Source: Candidatus Lloydbacteria bacterium RIFCSPHIGHO2_02_FULL_50_18
Lineage (GTDB): Bacteria > Patescibacteriota > Minisyncoccia > Phycocordibacterales > UBA6899
Reading direction: 5' to 3'
DNA length: 29,245 nucleotides
NCBI GenBank assembly: GCA_001821395.1
Contig: MHLM01000007.1
Span: 1 to 29,245, forward strand
The translations under genes were made by a program, and so were the position numbers. The notes below the pieces were generated by a model. That model had not been told where the DNA came from and did no database searches. It was given only the letters and a program-made list of their open reading frames with translations. This document shows, one piece after another, positions 24,316-29,245 of this stretch (position 1 is its first letter; the number at the start of each line of letters is the position of its first letter).

Positions 24316-25281
24316 CTAGCGGATACCCGTTTGCGCCTTGATCCGATCCTGAAGTATCTTGATCTGCGCGAGTAATTTCTGGATCAGGATCGCGCGTTGC
24401 TCTTGCTCAGAATAGAAAGATTTATATTCAAGCAGCACGCCGGAGGAGATTCCGCGATTGAGGGCCTCGCGCGTGGCAGGACCCACGATACCGACAGGAT
24501 CGATCATTTGCCGTTTCTGAAAAGCGATCACCGCCTCGCGGGTGAGCGGACCGAAATACCCTGTTATGTTTTCCTTTTGCAATAATCCCAGCACCTTGAG
24601 GACTATCTGTAGCTGACGGACCTCTTCTCCGCTTGAGCCCAGCTCAAGCATCGTCTTAAAAATATCATTCGGACGACCGTCAACCACCCTCTCGAGCTGT
24701 AGTCGCATATCGGGAGTGATCCCAAGCTTTGCATTGCTCGACCGATAGACGCCGGTCGACGCGATCAGACTCGGATACGGATCAATGGCCTGCCGATTGG
24801 GATCATGTATCTCGAAGTGTAAGTGCGACACGGTGTTCTCCGCATTCCCGCTATCACCGACCCACCCCAAGAGCTGCCCCCTTGTCACCGACTGCCCGCG
24901 ATCAAGACCTGATGCATAGGCATTCATCTCTCCACCTTTTCCGTCATCGGTGCCGGGGGTATCATTGTTCAAATGAAAATAAAGGTATTGGTATCCTTCA
25001 GAGTCGACAATAGATATCTCATATCCCCACGCCGCTTCGGGTGAAATGATAAAATTCACCGTTCCGTTCACTGCCGAAACAACAGGGGTCATCTTTGCGG
25101 CAATGATGTCATTACCCAGATGTTTTCTCGTTCCTCCGCCTCGCGGTGCTCCAAAATCGCTGAAAAAATTGTTCGGTCCGTTCACGGGAAACTCGATCGA
25201 GCGGACAACCTCTGCATTCACGGAGAGCGGAATAAGCAGCAGAGAGAGGGCAATATAAAATAAGTAGAGATGTTTCATCAT
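24316..25281 (-). CDS. secreted M23 family metallopeptidase with C-terminal peptidoglycan-binding domain
   Basis: Signal peptide MMKHLYLFYIALSLLLIPLSVNA. HLGNDI and GDSGNAENTVSHLHFEI (HxH) LytM/M23 motifs. A C-terminal PG_binding_1-like segment (GYFGPLTREAVIAFQ). TATAAT then 6 nt then ATG at 25281. Confidence 0.8.
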   Translation of the reverse strand: MMKHLYLFYIALSLLLIPLSVNAEVVRSIEFPVNGPNNFFSDFGAPRGGGTRKHLGNDIIAAKMTPVVSAVNGTVNFIISPEAAWGYEISIVDSEGYQYLYFHLNNDTPGTDDGKGGEMNAYASGLDRGQSVTRGQLLGWVGDSGNAENTVSHLHFEIHDPNRQAIDPYPSLIASTGVYRSSNAKLGITPDMRLQLERVVDGRPNDIFKTMLELGSSGEEVRQLQIVLKVLGLLQKENITGYFGPLTREAVIAFQKRQMIDPVGIVGPATREALNRGISSGVLLEYKSFYSEQEQRAILIQKLLAQIKILQDRIKAQTGIR

Positions 25282-25334
25282 CTTTCCATTATAACCCACG
25301 CGAGCCCCCATTTGCCGTTCACGATCCTTTTATC

Positions 25335-25361
25335 AAAAAACCGCCGATGTTAGTCGGCGGG
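25335..25361 (-). terminator. terminator of hypothetical gene 25370-26290
   Basis: A6 on the plus strand, then ccgccga/tcggcgg stem (25341-25347 and 25354-25360). This gives a U-run on the minus transcript. Confidence 0.6.
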
Positions 25362-25369
25362 ATATAGAA

Positions 25370-26290
25370 CTAAATCTGCGGCAAAGCACTGAAGAGCTTC
25401 ACCCGACGCACCTGAATTTGCGATTGGAAAGATACAGGTCCAAAAAATCGCGAAGTAACTGCCATGTGGTCAGCACCAAAAGCGTCCTTTCCAAAATTCA
25501 CCACCGGCATTTCTCCATTGAAAGTGCTGCCACACGTTGCGAACACACCAGTGAACGACGCGAGGTTTGGCTCGAACTCTCGGATGTCTCTTCTAAAGTG
25601 GTGAGCAGCGTCACGACGATACAAACAATAGGCCACCCAGAGCAGATGCTCGCGGAGAGTCATGCACGACCCTCGATAGCGCCGTTCGTCTCTTATCGAC
25701 GACGGTATCGTTTCAGAAATTTTCGTAGAGAACGACGCGATGTAATTCTCTCGGGGGCGCGCGATATTCAGTGCAGGGTCCCAGAGGTCTCCTTTCAAAT
25801 TCGTAAACTTCCCATTTTTAAAGTCGACTATATCGACGCCATGTTTTTGGATGACCTTAGCGATGTTTTCAATGCAAACCTTTGTCGCTACGCGAATCGG
25901 GGTGACATATGTGTACACCTTTGCATCAGGGAGTCGAACTCGAGAAAAATCAGGATCAACCTGAAATTCATCCGCATAAAATTCACTCCATGGATCAAGA
26001 AATTCGCGATCACGATAACATGCGAGGAACGTGGAGGCACAATGGTAGTCAATTTCGTTTAGGCCATAAGTGCTCAATCGTGCCCGCAACTCTTCGGGGT
26101 GATCGATCAGATGCTGCATCTCCGCCTTTGAAAGTTCTGGTAACACTTGAAGCAATTTGGCATCAAATTCGCGCACCTGTTCCGGACGAGCCGATTGAGA
26201 AACTTCCTTCGATACTTCTGTCGGTTGAGCTGATTGTGAATCTTTCTCTGATACTTCTGGCACTTCTTGCCGTTGAGCTGACTCAGTCAT
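25370..26290 (-). CDS. hypothetical protein with acidic low-complexity N-terminus
   Basis: The start was set at MTESAQ (ATG 26290, AAAGGAG 8 nt upstream). The N-terminal 60 aa are encoded by about 2.5 copies of an imperfect 39-bp tandem repeat (26191-26288). The C-terminal 240 aa show no recognisable family. Confidence 0.5.
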   Translation of the reverse strand: MTESAQRQEVPEVSEKDSQSAQPTEVSKEVSQSARPEQVREFDAKLLQVLPELSKAEMQHLIDHPEELRARLSTYGLNEIDYHCASTFLACYRDREFLDPWSEFYADEFQVDPDFSRVRLPDAKVYTYVTPIRVATKVCIENIAKVIQKHGVDIVDFKNGKFTNLKGDLWDPALNIARPRENYIASFSTKISETIPSSIRDERRYRGSCMTLREHLLWVAYCLYRRDAAHHFRRDIREFEPNLASFTGVFATCGSTFNGEMPVVNFGKDAFGADHMAVTSRFFGPVSFQSQIQVRRVKLFSALPQI

Positions 26291-26562
26291 GAGCTGGACT
26301 CCTTTGGTTGGTTGATGAAAAAGAACCGTGATGAGCGTTGACCCATCACCCACCATATTCAGCTTTTTCAACAATTTGTCAATTCGACGCACGGCACACT
26401 GAAAACCCAGGTGGTACTCATAATATTATCCGACGGCTACCTTTGAAGTTACGTGAAACTGACGAAGGGACGGTTGTCTCGCATTGCACAAAGACGAACT
26501 TTGCATGGAAACCTGCGGTCGAGAAAACAATTGTGCCCTATGAGTATGTGGAGATAAAAACG

Positions 26563-26602
26563 AATTACCTTATAATACGCCATGGCGTATTATAAGGTAA
26601 TT
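26563..26602. repeat. 40-bp perfect palindrome (20-bp arms, no spacer)
   Basis: aattaccttataatacgcca|tggcgtattataaggtaatt. Each arm contains a TATAAT box. It lies in a 465-bp intergenic region. Confidence 0.6.
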
Positions 26603-26799
26603 ATTATCGGAGAGGTTGGGGAAAGAAAACAGGAAGAAAAAATATGTTATTCATCCTTTTTTTCACCTTGAGAGTTGAATTGCGTATTTCATCTGCCTTC
26701 CATTTACATTTGCCCTACTGAGCTAAATGATTGAAGTAAGCCACCCAAACAGGCGGCTTTTTTATGATCAAACGACAGAACACGAACGTGATTCGCATA

Positions 26800-26827
26800 T
26801 TGCATTCTTGGTTCTTCCGAGTAGCAT
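26800..26827 (+). promoter_or_regulatory. promoter of small membrane protein gene B (TTGCAT, 16 nt, TAGCAT)
   Basis: Paralogous to the promoter at 24002-24029. Confidence 0.4.
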
Positions 26828-26857
26828 GAAGCTCGGGTCTGTTTCTGGGGAGCAAAA

Positions 26858-27046
26858 ATGAGTATCGGTAGCATCACTGGTATCTGGCTGTTAATCGGTT
26901 TGATATGCTCGTTCGTGATCGCAAGGGCGCATGGCCCTGCTTTGCGTATCATGAGAGAGGAACCTGGGACTACTGCTGTTTTGGTTCTTCTCGGTCCGAT
27001 CAGCCTGCTCGTTCTTTTGCTGATGTGTTTCATGAGCGATGGATAG
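26858..27046 (+). CDS. small two-helix membrane protein (paralog B)
   Basis: 62 aa: MSIGSITGIWLLIGLICSFVIARAH..AVLVLLGPISLLVLLLMCF. The upstream 70 nt are about 75% identical to the copy A leader. A GGGGAG Shine-Dalgarno site is present. Confidence 0.5.
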   Translation: MSIGSITGIWLLIGLICSFVIARAHGPALRIMREEPGTTAVLVLLGPISLLVLLLMCFMSDG

Positions 27047-27056
27047 ACATGGTAAT

Positions 27057-27086
27057 ACAACCAAGGCAAATGCCTTGGTTTTTTCA
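27057..27086. terminator. bidirectional terminator (ccaagg-core hairpin)
   Basis: aaccaaggca aa tgccttggtt (27059-27080) followed by tttt. It overlaps the stop codon of the convergent minus-strand ORF. Confidence 0.6.
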
Positions 27087-27290
27087 CAACGGGAGATCTT
27101 CTGTTCGATTCCTGTCGTCCAACTCCCTACTTTTCTCCTTTTTTGCCTTGAGGGATCTGAGTCTGCTCTCCGCAAGCGAGGTCCAGCTGAGCACCCCGAT
27201 AGCAGAACGCACCGCCTCCGTCTCCTCCTCATTCAGAACCCCCTTCTCAATAAGCCCCAAGAGTACCTCGATCGCCTTTTTATCGTCCAT
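27084..27290 (-). CDS. hypothetical small protein
   Basis: 68 to 74 aa (MDDKKAIEVLLGLIEKG...), charged C-terminus. The start is uncertain: 27290 is preceded by TACATT and 6 nt, and 27308 by GAGGG. Confidence 0.35.
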   Translation of the reverse strand: MDDKKAIEVLLGLIEKGVLNEEETEAVRSAIGVLSWTSLAESRLRSLKAKKEKSRELDDRNRTEDLPL

Positions 27291-27425
27291 GAGATAAATG
27301 TAGCACATCGATCACGTTGATCCCTCATTTTTCGAGAGGTTCGGAGGGACTTGTGTATTTTCAAATTACATACTATAACGCAATTAGCTCAGTCGTCCTT
27401 CAACCTCCAACACATAAGGAGATCT

Positions 27426-27890
27426 ATGATGAAGATGTTCATTCAAACCACCAGAAACCTTGGATTGGCGCTGGTATCGTTGATCGCAGTGATCGCATTT
27501 GCAGCCGGCCCCGTGCGAGGACCATTCTCGATCGGCGATGGTGATGCTCTTGTACGTACGATCACCAAGTCTGACTCGATGGAGCCGTTCACGGACATGG
27601 AGACAGCGCGCGTATCATTCTTTTCGGTGGCCGTGTTCAAAAAAAACACTGCCTTCGCAAAGAAGGGTGAGATGGCGCTCATCCTTTCAACCGTCACATG
27701 CACGGACAAAACAATCCGACGCACAATGATCGAGAAGGTGCCGGTCGGAAGCAGTACGGCAATACGACTTTTTCAAAATGACGAAGGGATCGCCCAGTCG
27801 ATGCAAGCACAAAGATTCAGGAAGCCCACATCGGCCGAGCTATCGGAAGTAGAGAGCGTTTGTCGAGACTACTGGCGGCCGACGAATTAA
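27426..27890 (+). CDS. hypothetical secreted protein
   Basis: The start was set at MMKMFIQ... (AAGGAGA 6 nt upstream). Signal peptide LGLALVSLIAVIAFAAGP. No recognised family. Confidence 0.5.
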   Translation: MMKMFIQTTRNLGLALVSLIAVIAFAAGPVRGPFSIGDGDALVRTITKSDSMEPFTDMETARVSFFSVAVFKKNTAFAKKGEMALILSTVTCTDKTIRRTMIEKVPVGSSTAIRLFQNDEGIAQSMQAQRFRKPTSAELSEVESVCRDYWRPTN

Positions 27891-27894
27891 ACAT

Positions 27895-27937
27895 AGGGGG
27901 GCGAGAAGAAGGGGTGATATCGATCGCCCCTTTTTTA
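27895..27937 (+). terminator. rho-independent terminator
   Basis: ggggcga...tcgcccc stem (27897-27903 and 27924-27930) followed by T6. Confidence 0.6.
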
Positions 27938-27981
27938 TTTTTTGATACTACAATGCGCGCCACGCAGCAAGTGCCCTCACT

Positions 27982-28287
27982 TCACTGCGTATCTCCGTCA
28001 GTCTTTTTTGGAATACCCCACTGCCAGCGAGGACGTTCACCTTTACGATAGCAAATGAGGAGGAGGACAGTAAGCAACACGAAAGGCAACATAAAGTTAA
28101 AGAAAGTTTCGCGCGTTGATGAATTCTCGTCAAGCGTGAGTGAAAGCCGGAGAAGCGCTGCAACGTACAGCACAATAGCCAACCAGCCCTGCCACGTCAC
28201 GGGAGTCCAACCCCATCCAAACAACTTTCTTTTGAACCAATATCCATGTGGATTATCTTTCAAATATTCAATGTATCGTTTCAGCAT
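27982..28287 (-). CDS. hypothetical membrane protein
   Basis: 101 aa. A Trp-rich N-terminus (YWFKRKLFGWGWTPVTWQGW) followed by two TM helices. An extended -10 TGATAGAAT then 6 nt then ATG. Confidence 0.45.
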   Translation of the reverse strand: MLKRYIEYLKDNPHGYWFKRKLFGWGWTPVTWQGWLAIVLYVAALLRLSLTLDENSSTRETFFNFMLPFVLLTVLLLICYRKGERPRWQWGIPKKTDGDTQ

Positions 28288-28394
28288 AGGTAAATTCTAT
28301 CACGTCGATCCTTTTTTACTGTCCATAAGATCAGTTAAACAGATCAATGGAGCTTAAATCAATGGCGATTATCCCAATTTTCAGCGCACCCCCT

Positions 28395-28421
28395 CTTATC
28401 CAAGGTGGAACCTTGGATAAG
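28395..28421. repeat. hairpin cttatccaagg-tggaa-ccttggataag (upstream member of inverted hairpin pair)
   Basis: 11-bp perfect stem. A 21-nt core, atccaaggtggaaccttggat, is the exact reverse complement of the core at 29060-29080. Confidence 0.55.
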
Positions 28422-28549
28422 TAAGGCGGACTTTGTACACGAGACCAACCTTGACCAATAGTGATTCGACGTCTGCTCGGGTGGGGTGTATTCTGTAATG
28501 AAGAACGATGAGCGGAATGCTCGTCGTATGAACAGCTAATTATGTTGCC

Positions 28550-28993
28550 ATGTCCTATCATGAAGAACTGTCACCGAGTGAGAGCGCCAAAAAACTCCCC
28601 GAAGGAAGTAAGGCGGAAAAGATCAGAAATGGGGTTGAGGTGAGACTTGAAGAAATTACTTCCGCCATCGCAGAAGGACACCCAAGTCTTACTCGTCTTG
28701 AACTCACAGAGGTAGGACAAAACATTATTGCACTTTTTGACGAACTCTTAGACGAACTACCGGACGATTTTGCGAACGAGCACCCCACCATTGAACACTC
28801 GGCCCCAGCCGATGAGCTTGAAAAAGGACCGGTTGCTATCGGAGATAACCGCTCAAAACGTTTTTGGGAAATCGATAGCGAGATAGAGGCACTCCTCAAA
28901 AAATTCGATGCGCTCTACGAAGCGCAGGGGCAGGAGCCCGAGATACAGACCGATGGCATTGTCGTGCAACAGGACAAACCCACGATGCAATAA
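28550..28993 (+). CDS. hypothetical acidic protein
   Basis: 147 aa, Glu/Asp-rich, with no recognised family. It is bracketed by the inverted hairpin pair. Confidence 0.45.
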   Translation: MSYHEELSPSESAKKLPEGSKAEKIRNGVEVRLEEITSAIAEGHPSLTRLELTEVGQNIIALFDELLDELPDDFANEHPTIEHSAPADELEKGPVAIGDNRSKRFWEIDSEIEALLKKFDALYEAQGQEPEIQTDGIVVQQDKPTMQ

Positions 28994-29057
28994 AACCCAC
29001 AAAAATGGGGATTCTCGTTTCCGAATGGTGCTTATCCCCGTTTTCTCAGCGCGACCA

Positions 29058-29086
29058 AATAATCCAAGGTTCCACCTTGGATTATT
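29058..29086. terminator. hairpin aataatccaagg-ttcca-ccttggattatt (terminator; downstream member of hairpin pair)
   Basis: 12-bp perfect stem followed by ttag. It lies 65 nt after the stop of the 28550-28993 gene. Confidence 0.55.
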
Positions 29087-29245
29087 TTAGTAATGAGACC
29101 TTATCCATATTTCTCACAAGACCACACATTCAGATAAAATGGAGGGGTCACGATTCATTCTAGCTTGAACTGCAACACCTCCCGAACACCACGCACGGAG
29201 TAGACCAATGGAGGATTCTGCGCGGTCGATGGTTCAATCTCCACA

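Noticed and set aside
26400-28260. DnaA-box-like 9-mers (ttatccgac at 26426-26434, tgtggatta at 28246-28254)
   Set aside because: Each has 1-2 mismatches to TTATCCACA and they are isolated. There is no cluster, no AT-rich unwinding element and no dnaA or dnaN nearby, so they are not an origin.
29150-29245. GGTTCAATC near the window end resembling a tRNA T-loop, and a possible gene start at 29207
   Set aside because: No acceptable T-stem or acceptor pairing could be built. The ORF runs off the window after 13 codons. Neither can be supported.

Overview
This is a 29.2-kb bacterial chromosomal segment, about 48% GC, carrying a mix of housekeeping, cell-envelope and unknown genes. The gene content and style would fit a small-genome, possibly episymbiotic, bacterium, but this assignment is tentative. 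There are about 25 protein genes. The housekeeping set is tsaD, valS, lepA and murJ, plus a U32-family Fe-S enzyme with a co-transcribed ferredoxin, a Leu/Glu-type dehydrogenase and a glutaredoxin-like protein. The envelope and stress set is a PrsW-type protease, Hsp20, an FtsB/DivIC-like protein, an M23 peptidase and a polytopic membrane protein with TPR repeats. One gene, 4.6 kb long, encodes a 1542-aa repeat-rich surface protein. RNA genes that an ORF-only annotation would miss are RNase P RNA (rnpB, minus strand, overlapped by spurious ORFs), tRNA-Phe(GAA), tRNA-Arg(CCT) and tRNA-Gly(CCC). No integrase, transposase, reverse transcriptase, CRISPR array or rRNA was seen. The more unusual signals are these: (i) tRNA-Arg(CCT) is flanked by inverted repeats and by the two separated halves of a second, disrupted tRNA whose acceptor ends still pair. 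(ii) A candidate roughly 250-nt ncRNA has two tandem modules with compensatory base changes and ends at a 17-bp perfect palindromic terminator. (iii) Two long, nearly perfect palindromes lie in long intergenic regions. (iv) A duplicated cassette of promoter, leader, small two-helix membrane protein and terminator occurs twice, 2.8 kb apart. (v) A family of hairpins built on a CCAAGG core includes an inverted pair that brackets one gene. (vi) At least six genes show an apparently leaderless pattern, a -10 element of form TAnnnT followed by 6 nt and then ATG. Other genes carry strong Shine-Dalgarno sites.
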